Of a stretch of 64,000 nt of DNA, positions 26,856 to 34,816 are shown one piece after another; position 1 is the stretch's first letter; each line of letters begins with the position of its first letter. The stretch lies in assembly GCA_045863395.1 (NCBI GenBank), contig BTVJ01000011.1:32001-96000 (forward strand), written 5' to 3'. A program made the position numbers and the translations under genes. The DNA comes from Myxococcales bacterium (lineage in GTDB: Bacteria; Myxococcota_A; UBA9042; JABWCM01; BTVJ01). The notes under the pieces were generated by a model, which saw only the letters and a program-made list of their open reading frames with translations, made no database searches and was not told where the DNA came from.

Positions 26856-27401
26856 TCAGCGAATCTCGTGCAACACCGTGGGGCGGACGGCCTCCGTGAT
26901 GGTCTCCATGAGGTGCTCCGCGTCGGGCAGCCCATAGAGGAGCTTGTAGGGGGTCGTGCGGTCGGCGGACGTGACCAGCAGGTTGCCGTGGCCGAACAAG
27001 CGCAGGATGAGGGGCTTGTCGAGCTGCACGTCCGTCACGCGCACCAGCTCCAGGTTGTCTTTGCTGCGCGACAGGATCCCGCGCTCCTCCTGGATGCGCA
27101 GGGTCGTGATGCGGTAGCGGGTCGTCAGCAGGCGGAGGGACCCTATCACCAAGCTCCAGGCGGCCAAGAACGCGATGAACAGGAGCAGCCCGTGGACGGC
27201 CCACCAGAGGGCGCGGCTTACCTCCTCCGGCGCAGCCTCCGGCAGCGCGGCCAGCGCCTGCGCGAGCCAGCGGTCGGTGTGGTTGAAGTGCAGGAACAGC
27301 GCCCCGCCGCCCCAGAGTGTGCATCGCACGACCTTCCCGACGAGCAGCAGAGGGGACGGCCGCCCGTCGAATAGCACACGCTCATCGCCACTGCCCCGCA
27401 T
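26856..27401 (-). CDS. Bacterial PH domain (bPH_2) membrane protein
   Basis: Two TM helices followed by RYRITT.RI...RGILSR....L.RV.DV......RLFG.G. Confidence 0.85.
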   Translation of the reverse strand: MRGSGDERVLFDGRPSPLLLVGKVVRCTLWGGGALFLHFNHTDRWLAQALAALPEAAPEEVSRALWWAVHGLLLFIAFLAAWSLVIGSLRLLTTRYRITTLRIQEERGILSRSKDNLELVRVTDVQLDKPLILRLFGHGNLLVTSADRTTPYKLLYGLPDAEHLMETITEAVRPTVLHEIR

Positions 27402-27661
27402 CGATCACCTCCTCGTGTTCCACCGTTCTACACCCCCCGCTACCGAGAGGTCCAGCCGCTCTCGGTCCACGGCCCCCTCGCGCCCCCTCCGGCCTGCACC
27501 GGCGCCCGCCGCGGCGCGTCAGGCTCCCAGCAACCATGCCGGCGAAGCCCCGGCCGCACGTCCCGCGGCCCCCGAGCCGGCGCCCGAGCAGCGGCGCGCG
27601 GGTCGACCGGCCAGCACGCGCTGTGCTAGGGTAGCGCCGGACGGCACACGAGGAGGAACGC

Positions 27662-28495
27662 ATGTCGCTCAAAGGCAAGGTGGCGATCATCACGGGGGCG
27701 AGCCGGGGCATCGGCAAGGTCATCGCGCTGGCGCTGGCGCGCGAGGGGGCGGACATCGTCGTCGCGGCGAAGTCCGTGGAGGAGGACGAGCGCCTCCCCG
27801 GCACCATCCACGAGACGGTGGCCGAGGCGCAGGCGCTGGGGGTGCGCGGCCTGGCCGTGCAGACCGACGTGCGCGACGAGCAGGCCCTGGACCGGCTCGC
27901 CAAGACCACGGCGGACACCTTCGGGCGCATCGACATGGTGATCAACAACGCGGGCGCCCTGTGGTGGCGCAAGGCGCTGGAGACGCCGGCCAAGCGCTTC
28001 GATCTGGTGATGGACGTCAACGTCCGCGCCTCCTTCCTGCTCGCCTGCGCCTGCGCGCCGGTGATGATCGCGCAGGGCGGGGGGCACGTGCTCAACATGA
28101 GCCCGCCACTGGACACCAACCCCCACCCGGGCATGATCGCCTACACGATCAGCAAGTTCGGCATGACGATGGTGGCCCAGGGGCTGGCGGTGGAGTGGAA
28201 GCCCCACGGCATCTCCGTCAACGCGCTCTGGCCCGCGACCATGGTCGAGAGCCAGGCGACCATCAACTGGGGCATGGGGGAGCGCCGGGTCTGGCGCAAG
28301 CCCGAGATCATCTCCGACGCGACCGTGGCCCTCATGCACACGGAGCCGGGCAAGGTCACCGGCCGGGCGCTCATCGACGAGGACTTCCTGCGGGAGCAGG
28401 GGGTCACGGACTTCTCGTCCTATCGCTGCGACCCCGACCACGAGCCGCCCCGCATCGACTACTCCCAGATCGCGCAGCTCATGAGCATGATCTGA
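27662..28495 (+). CDS. SDR family oxidoreductase (HSDL2-like)
   Basis: TGASRGIG, AAKS....RLPGTIHE, NNAG, SPPL, YTISK, NALWP; GAGGAGG RBS. Confidence 0.92.
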   Translation: MSLKGKVAIITGASRGIGKVIALALAREGADIVVAAKSVEEDERLPGTIHETVAEAQALGVRGLAVQTDVRDEQALDRLAKTTADTFGRIDMVINNAGALWWRKALETPAKRFDLVMDVNVRASFLLACACAPVMIAQGGGHVLNMSPPLDTNPHPGMIAYTISKFGMTMVAQGLAVEWKPHGISVNALWPATMVESQATINWGMGERRVWRKPEIISDATVALMHTEPGKVTGRALIDEDFLREQGVTDFSSYRCDPDHEPPRIDYSQIAQLMSMI

Positions 28496-28556
28496 CGCCC
28501 GCCCTGGGGCCCTCCTTCTGGGGTGTCGGCCCCTTGGGGGGGCGCCCCCCTGCGGG

Positions 28557-30059
28557 TCAGGGCGCCCCGAAGACGGTCGCCGCGGTCGTGGCCCAGTTGA
28601 GGCTCGGGACGGCGATCACCACCGGCGCGTCACCGGCGGCGGCGACGGGGTTGTAGAAGGTGCCGAGCCACGGGGGCTCCAGATTCACGGTCTTGGGCGG
28701 GCCCGCGGGGTGCCCGAGGCCGTCCAACTCCTGAACGAAGGCGTCCGTCGTCTCCCAGGCGTGGTAGCCGAGCGCGAAGCCGCCGGTCGCCGGAACGGAG
28801 ACGACTCGGGGCACTCCGGCTCCGTCCGCCGGAGAAAGTGTCACCACCCCAGTCTCGAGGACCGTCCCGTCCAGCGCGACCCAGGATGTGCGCAGGGTCT
28901 TCGGGTGGCCCCACACCACGAGCCAGGCCAGGCGCGCCTGCGACCACGCCAGGGTGGGGCGCTCGTAGGCAGTGTTGCCGATGCGCGCGAGCTCGATGGG
29001 CCCCCCGATGGGCTCCCCGGTGGTCGCGTCCAAGAGGCGGGCCCGGTAGCCGCAGTCGAGGGTCCCACCGACAAGATCGTAGTCACCGTAGGCGACCAGG
29101 AAGCGTCCACTCCCCTCCGAGCCCGCGACGGAGGCGGGCATCTGCCAGTATGACTCGCCGCCGACTCGCACCTCGGGCCCGAGCGTCCCATCGGGCGCGA
29201 CGGTCTTCCCGAACAGGTGGCGCGCCTCCGGCCCGACGGCGGGCACGTCCCGGTCATCGGAGTACGTGACGAAGAAGGTCCCCCCGCTGCGCTCCCAGGC
29301 CACGGCCGGCGCGTACTCCTCCCGGTCGGGCGTGTCCGTGATGCGGAAGCTGGGTCCCGCCTGGGCGACGCTCGGCGCCCCGCCGGCGGTCAGTGGCTGC
29401 CCCCAGATCTCCCGGGGGCTGGCGTTGCCGTTGCGGTCGTCCTCGAGCACCAGGAGCAGGGACGACGGGCCGTCGTCGCGGGCGGCGATCTCGCGCTCCA
29501 GGGAGTACTGCCCGGTCTCGGTCACGCCCTCCACGTCCAAGGAGGGGCTCGCGACCAGCGCTCCATCCCACCGCAGGGCCACCACGCGCGTGCGGAATGA
29601 GTCCGGGACGACGTAGCCGTAGGCGACGACGAAGACGGAGGACGCCGGGTCCCAGGTGACGACCGGGGTCCGCACGCCCTCCGGGCCCGAGATGGTCTGG
29701 CCCGTGACCTTCGCCACGAGGGAGCCTGGCGCGACCCCGGGCGGCCCCGTGTCGACCGGGTGGGCGGCGTCCTCGGGGCCCGCGGGCCCCGAGTCTGTCA
29801 TCACCACGTCGGCGACAGCCGCATCGGGCCCTGCGCTGGCGTCGGCGGGGCGACGCGGTGTGTCCGCACGCGGCTCGAAGGTGTCCACGGGGAGGCTGTC
29901 TGCGACGTGAGGCACATCGGCCGCGCCCCACCGCAGCGGCACGTCGGGCGCCGGTCCCGCGTCGGTGCCTGGAGCGTCACCGCCGCACGCCGTCCCGAAC
30001 GCGACGCTGAGACCGAGGAGGGCCAGCCGCGGGCGGCGCCATGGCGAGTCGTGGTTCAT
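28557..30059 (-). CDS. Lipoprotein with beta-propeller-like repeats, hypothetical
   Basis: GTAC lipobox, DAG linker, repeated P.VAW.....F.V.[WY] blade-like motifs. Confidence 0.6.
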   Translation of the reverse strand: MNHDSPWRRPRLALLGLSVAFGTACGGDAPGTDAGPAPDVPLRWGAADVPHVADSLPVDTFEPRADTPRRPADASAGPDAAVADVVMTDSGPAGPEDAAHPVDTGPPGVAPGSLVAKVTGQTISGPEGVRTPVVTWDPASSVFVVAYGYVVPDSFRTRVVALRWDGALVASPSLDVEGVTETGQYSLEREIAARDDGPSSLLLVLEDDRNGNASPREIWGQPLTAGGAPSVAQAGPSFRITDTPDREEYAPAVAWERSGGTFFVTYSDDRDVPAVGPEARHLFGKTVAPDGTLGPEVRVGGESYWQMPASVAGSEGSGRFLVAYGDYDLVGGTLDCGYRARLLDATTGEPIGGPIELARIGNTAYERPTLAWSQARLAWLVVWGHPKTLRTSWVALDGTVLETGVVTLSPADGAGVPRVVSVPATGGFALGYHAWETTDAFVQELDGLGHPAGPPKTVNLEPPWLGTFYNPVAAAGDAPVVIAVPSLNWATTAATVFGAP

Positions 30060-30348
30060 GTTCCCTGACCTCCAGGGTGGGCGAGGCCGCGCAGGGTCGC
30101 GTCGCGCGTCCCCTCTGGGGGGCCGACAGCGCCACCCTCCCGCCTCTGCTCATGGGGATCAGCGTAGTCGTTTGGGGGCGCTCCAGGCAACCAGGGAGGC
30201 GGACGCCGCGCGCGCGTCTGTGATTGGCCAGAGCGCCCGCGGCCGGCCCCGCCCCGCGGCGTTCGTGCACCACAGGAGGCATGCTGGGCGGGGCCGGCGC
30301 GGACGTGGGGCGGGGCCGCGTGGGCAGCCCCGGCGAGGTTGTCGCGGC

Positions 30349-31875
30349 TTACTTGGCTGGCAGGATCTTTGCGGTGGAGCCGTCGGGGAGCTGGGCGAGG
30401 AGGAAGACCGCGCCTCCGTCGTTGACGGCAAAGACGTTGACCACCACGCCGGCGGGCAGGGCGGGGGTCTCGAAGACGAGGTCCGGGCTGGCGTCGTCGT
30501 CCACGTCGACGCCGAGGGTGTAGGCGCCGGCCGGCAGGTCGAGCCAGCCGCTGGCGGCGCCGAAGTCGAAGTCGGGGACCAGCGGGGCGGGGTCGCCAGC
30601 GGCCGGGATGTTCCAGATGTCCACCTGCCCGACGCCAGCGGCGGCGTGGATGGCGCGGACGCGGATGTTGCCCGCCGCCAGGCCCTCGTAGTCGTCGACG
30701 AGGGCCATGGCCTTGATGGAGGCGAGGGTGTCGTAGGCGACGGCGGTGTAGGAGACCCCCGCATCGAGGGGCAGGTCTACGGCGAGGACGGAGTCGGCCG
30801 CGGTCGCGCCCGCGGGCGCCACGTCGAACCCATAGGTGCCCGCGGGCAGGTCCAGGTAGCCGGTCCCGTCGGGGAAGGCGAGGCCGCTGACTGCTGGTGC
30901 GGGGCCGTCGTTGGCGAACACGTCGACCGCCGGGGCGTCGGGCGACAGGTGGAGCACCCGGATGCGCGCCGGCTCGGGCTGCGCACCCTTCGCGTCAATG
31001 CGGGCCGTGGAGCCGTCGGGGAGCTGGGCGAGGAGGAAGACCGCGTCCCCATCGTGGACGGCGAAGACGTTGACCACCACGCCGGCGGGCAGGGCGGGGG
31101 TCTCGAAGACCAGGTCCGGGCTGGCGTCGTCGTCCACGTCGACGCCGAGGGTGTAGGCGCCGGCCGGCAGGTCGAGCCAGCCGCTGGCGGCGCCGAAGTC
31201 GAAGTCGGGGACCAGCGGGGCGGGGTCGCCAGCGGCCGGGATGTTCCAGATGTCCACCTGCCCGACGCCAGCGGCGGCGTGGATGGCGCGGACGCGGATG
31301 TTGCCCGCCGCCAGGCCCTCGTAGTCGTCGACGAGGGCCATGGCCTTGATGGAGGCGAGGGTGTCGTAGGCGACGGCGGTGTAGGAGACCCCCGCATCGA
31401 GGGGCAGGTCTACGGCGAGGACGGAGTCGGCCGCGGTCGCGCCCGCGGGCGCCACGTCGAACCCATAGGTGCCCGCGGGCAGGTCCAGGTAGCCGGTCCC
31501 GTCGGGGAAGGCGAGGCCGCTGACTGCTGGTGCGGGGCCGTCGTTGGCGAACACGTCGACCGCCGGGGCGTCGGGCGACAGGTGGAGCACCCGGATGCGC
31601 GCCACCCCCTCACCCGAGCCCGTGTCACTCTCTGTCGCGTCACCACCCCCTGCGCCACCACCCCCAGCGTCGCCTGATCCGGTGTCGCCCGTGGCGCTGT
31701 CTCCCGTTGCGGCGTCGTCCGTGGTCGTGTCCGTCGTGCCGGGGCCTCCCGTGCCCGCGTCGGATGACACCGACACGTCTGCCATTCCTCCCGAGGCGTC
31801 GTCGTCGGCGCAGGCCGCCGCACCAATCATCACGAAGGCTCCCATCGCGAGCCAGGTGGCTGCTCGATCTCTCAT
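30349..31875 (-). CDS. DUF4397 domain lipoprotein
   Basis: AAAC lipobox; RIRVLHLSPDAPAVDV and RVRAIHAA...VDI motifs, each present twice. Confidence 0.88.
   Translation of the reverse strand: MRDRAATWLAMGAFVMIGAAACADDDASGGMADVSVSSDAGTGGPGTTDTTTDDAATGDSATGDTGSGDAGGGGAGGGDATESDTGSGEGVARIRVLHLSPDAPAVDVFANDGPAPAVSGLAFPDGTGYLDLPAGTYGFDVAPAGATAADSVLAVDLPLDAGVSYTAVAYDTLASIKAMALVDDYEGLAAGNIRVRAIHAAAGVGQVDIWNIPAAGDPAPLVPDFDFGAASGWLDLPAGAYTLGVDVDDDASPDLVFETPALPAGVVVNVFAVHDGDAVFLLAQLPDGSTARIDAKGAQPEPARIRVLHLSPDAPAVDVFANDGPAPAVSGLAFPDGTGYLDLPAGTYGFDVAPAGATAADSVLAVDLPLDAGVSYTAVAYDTLASIKAMALVDDYEGLAAGNIRVRAIHAAAGVGQVDIWNIPAAGDPAPLVPDFDFGAASGWLDLPAGAYTLGVDVDDDASPDLVFETPALPAGVVVNVFAVNDGGAVFLLAQLPDGSTAKILPAK
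30374..31603. repeat. Near-identical intragenic direct repeat: 30374-30970 and 31007-31603 (597 bp each, 633-bp period)
   Basis: Alignment by eye shows only about six mismatches, all near one end. Confidence 0.92.
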
Positions 31876-31934
31876 GTCGACCTCACTGCGAGTTGTAGCT
31901 GAGTCCATCCATGCGTGCACATGGTTCGTTCATT

Positions 31935-31963
31935 GTTTTATCCACGCGTCCACTGTTTGTCAA
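31935..31963 (-). promoter_or_regulatory. Candidate sigma70 promoter for the DUF4397 gene (TTGACA-N17-TAAAAC)
   Basis: Plus-strand tgtcaa at 31958-31963 and gtttta at 31935-31940, in an AT-rich patch 60 bp upstream of the start. Confidence 0.55.
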
Positions 31964-32269
31964 ATGTTGTTCGATCATGCTCGCGCTTTTCCAGCGGGCC
32001 CGGCCCAGCGACGACGGCTGGAGGCTGAGCCAGAGCGCGGTTCAGGGCTCCGGCCCCCGGGGCTGGTGTGCTGCACATGGTTTGTTCAAGGATGTGCGGG
32101 TCGGGGCCAGCGAGGGTCCTGCGGTCTTCGTGCGCCGGGGGGAGGCGCGGGCCTCACGGAGCCAGGCGTCGGGGTGAGGCGACCGGCACGCGTACCTCCC
32201 GAGGGTGGCCGGGGCCGAGCCGCCCGAAGGCGGCCATGAGGGGCGTGCAGCTATTTGTTGCTGACCCTG

Positions 32270-33664
32270 TCAGCCCAGCAGCCGCTCCCTGGGCGTGGGC
32301 CCTCGCCCCACCAGGGCCTCCACGGCCTCCACCGCCTTGGGGATGTCGGCGGTCAGCACCTCCGGCTCCCCGTCCGTGACCAGCACGTCGTCCTCGATGC
32401 GGATGCCGCCGAAGGGGAGCCACTCCTCGGCGCGGCTCCAGCGAACCGCGTCCCCCAGCGTCGCCCGCAGCTTCTCGTCATGGAGGATCGCGGGAGCAAA
32501 GTAAAGACCGGGTTCGATGGTGACGGCCATCCCTGGCTCCAGGTCCCGGTCCAGGCGTAACCAGCACAGGCCGAATTGGGGGTCGCGGGACCGCCCGCTC
32601 CCGTAGCCCGCCAGATCTCCGAAGAGTTCCAGGTCGTGGACGTCGAGGCCAATCAGGTGGCCGATGCCGTGGGGGAAGAAGACGGCGTGCGCCCCCTGCT
32701 CCACGAGGCCGTCCACGGAGCCCGCCAGGAGCCCCCAGTCCAGGAGCGCCCGGGCCAGCACCCGCGCCGCCGCCAGGTGGATGTCGCGGTAGCGCACGCC
32801 GGGGCGACAGAGCGCGATGGCGGTCTCTTGTGCCTCGAGCACCGCCTCGTAGACCTCCCGCTGCCGCGGCGTGAACGTGCCCGACACCGGCCAGGTGCGG
32901 GTGACGTCGCTGGCGTAGCCGGTGGCCGACTCTGCGCCCGCGTCCAGGAGCAGGAGCTGCGTCGGCCCCATGGGCGCCCCCGACGCCGAGCCGTGCAGCA
33001 CCTCGCCCCGCACCGTCACGATGGGCGGGTAGGCGGGCGCCATGCCCGCGGCAGAGAACGCCCCCTCGATGAGGCCCTGGACCTCGCGGTCCGTCACCCC
33101 CGGCCGCGTCGCGCCCATGGCGGCCCGCATGGCGTCGCGGGTGACCGCCCCGGCCTTGCGCATCTCCCCTGCCTCCCAGGGGTCCCGCCGGAGCCGCAGC
33201 GCGACGACCGCCGCGGCCAGCGCGGGGGACGTGGCCTCCGGGTGACGCGGATCCACGGTGACGCCGAGCCACCGCGACAGGCGCGCGTTGGCCTGCGGGT
33301 CTGCCACGGGCAGGGCGTGAACCCCCTCGGGCAGCAGCGCTGCCAGCTCCTCGTGGGTCGCGACCGCGTCGGCCCCCACCCGCTCCGCCTCGTGCTCGGG
33401 GGAGGGCACCTCGCCGTGCCACAGCGCGTCGTGGGGCGCTACGGGCGGCAGGACCAAGGTCGCTCGCCCGTCCGCCACCAGGAGCCCCGCATCCGGCCGC
33501 CGGCACCCCGTGAAGTACAGGAACGTCGAGTCCTGCCGGAAGGGCAGTGGGTTTGCCAGGTAGTTCCGTGGCAGCTCGCTGTGGCCCATCAGCAGGAAGG
33601 GCTCGCCTCCCATCGCGGCCGACAGGGCACGGCGGCGGGCTCGGTAGCGCTCTCGTTGGCTCAT
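32270..33664 (-). CDS. pepP: Xaa-Pro aminopeptidase (aminopeptidase P)
   Basis: FRQDSTFLYFTG, LLDAGAE..GYASDVTRTWP, HGIGHLIGLDVHD, TIEPGLY, GIRIEDD. Confidence 0.93.
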   Translation of the reverse strand: MSQRERYRARRRALSAAMGGEPFLLMGHSELPRNYLANPLPFRQDSTFLYFTGCRRPDAGLLVADGRATLVLPPVAPHDALWHGEVPSPEHEAERVGADAVATHEELAALLPEGVHALPVADPQANARLSRWLGVTVDPRHPEATSPALAAAVVALRLRRDPWEAGEMRKAGAVTRDAMRAAMGATRPGVTDREVQGLIEGAFSAAGMAPAYPPIVTVRGEVLHGSASGAPMGPTQLLLLDAGAESATGYASDVTRTWPVSGTFTPRQREVYEAVLEAQETAIALCRPGVRYRDIHLAAARVLARALLDWGLLAGSVDGLVEQGAHAVFFPHGIGHLIGLDVHDLELFGDLAGYGSGRSRDPQFGLCWLRLDRDLEPGMAVTIEPGLYFAPAILHDEKLRATLGDAVRWSRAEEWLPFGGIRIEDDVLVTDGEPEVLTADIPKAVEAVEALVGRGPTPRERLLG

Positions 33665-33833
33665 TGGTGTCTCTCCTGACCCCTGGAGACTTTGTCCTCA
33701 GCTCGTGCGGCGCCCATGCCGATGGGGGACCACGCGGCCCTCGGGAAGGGTGGCGACCGCGCCGCGCAGATCGTGCCCGAAGGCCCCCCAACGGGCAAGG
33801 GGACAGAGACGCACAGGACGGCAAGGAGGAGAT

Positions 33834-34613
33834 GTGAGCACGCACAGGAAGGCGACCAGTGCCAGGGTGATCCCGCTGTCGCGGGAGCCAAGCCAGACCC
33901 CCGCCCCCGACACGCTGATCGAGGCGCTGCGCTCAGAGAACCACGAGCTGCGCCATCGTCTGGAAGAGGCCGAGAAGGAGCTGGCCGAGATCGACCAGGA
34001 GCGGCAGATGCTCGTCATCGAGCTGGGCGCCGTCAACCAGGAGCTGGACCGCCTGGTGCGGACCCTGGAGAAGCAGGCGATCACCGATCCGCTGACCGGT
34101 CTCTACAACAAGCGGCACCTGTGGGAGCAGCTCGGGCGAGAGGTGGCCCGGGCGGCCCGGACGGCCCGACCGCTCGCGGCGATGTTCATCGACATCGACC
34201 ACTTCAAGCGCTGCAACGACGACCACGGTCACGCCACCGGCGACGAGGTGCTCCGGCAGGTAGCGGAGCTGGTGGCGCGAGCGGTGCGGCGCTGCGACCT
34301 CGTGTGCGGCGTCGATCTGGGGAGCACGCTCGCCCGCTTCGGCGGCGAGGAGTTCGTCCTCGTGCTGCCGGAGACCGACGCGGCCGGGGCGGCGGCCGTC
34401 GCCGAGCGCATCCGGCGCACCGTGGCCGAGGCGACCTTCCTGGGGCCCGGCGGGACGCCGAAGCTCCAGGTGACCGTGAGCCTCGGGGTGTCCGAGTACA
34501 CCAAGGTCGACGGCGGGAACTTCCGCGGGCTCCTCGACCGGGCGGACCGGGCGCTCTACGACGCAAAGCGGGGCGGCCGCAACCGCGTAGCGAGCTGCCT
34601 CCCCGAAGCCTGA
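33834..34613 (+). CDS. Coiled-coil diguanylate cyclase (GGDEF)
   Basis: TDPLTGLYN, DIDHFK..ND..GH..GD, RFGGEEF, AD.ALY.AK..GRNRV; AGGAGG RBS before the GTG. Confidence 0.92.
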   Translation: MSTHRKATSARVIPLSREPSQTPAPDTLIEALRSENHELRHRLEEAEKELAEIDQERQMLVIELGAVNQELDRLVRTLEKQAITDPLTGLYNKRHLWEQLGREVARAARTARPLAAMFIDIDHFKRCNDDHGHATGDEVLRQVAELVARAVRRCDLVCGVDLGSTLARFGGEEFVLVLPETDAAGAAAVAERIRRTVAEATFLGPGGTPKLQVTVSLGVSEYTKVDGGNFRGLLDRADRALYDAKRGGRNRVASCLPEA

Positions 34614-34816
34614 CCCCGCCGACACCTCCCTCTCGCCGATTCCAGGTATACTCGCGCGTCGGGCCGGCCCCACCCCCGGCCCGGAGGCGCGCCATCACGG
34701 ACGAGAGACCAGAGGCGCCCCGCCGGCGCAGCTCCATCGGCGGCATCCTGCTCCGGCTCCTCGGGACGCTGGTCTGGGCCGCCCTGCGCCTGGTGTACCT
34801 GGTCTACCTGGTCATC

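Noticed and set aside
30374..31603. Diversity-generating retroelement TR/VR pair
   Set aside because: Both copies are in-frame domains of one gene, mismatches are not adenine-specific, and there is no reverse transcriptase
33692..34693. N-terminal third of the 1815-aa ORF
   Set aside because: Overlaps the real GGDEF gene in another frame and is low-complexity; the TamB-like protein starts after 34690
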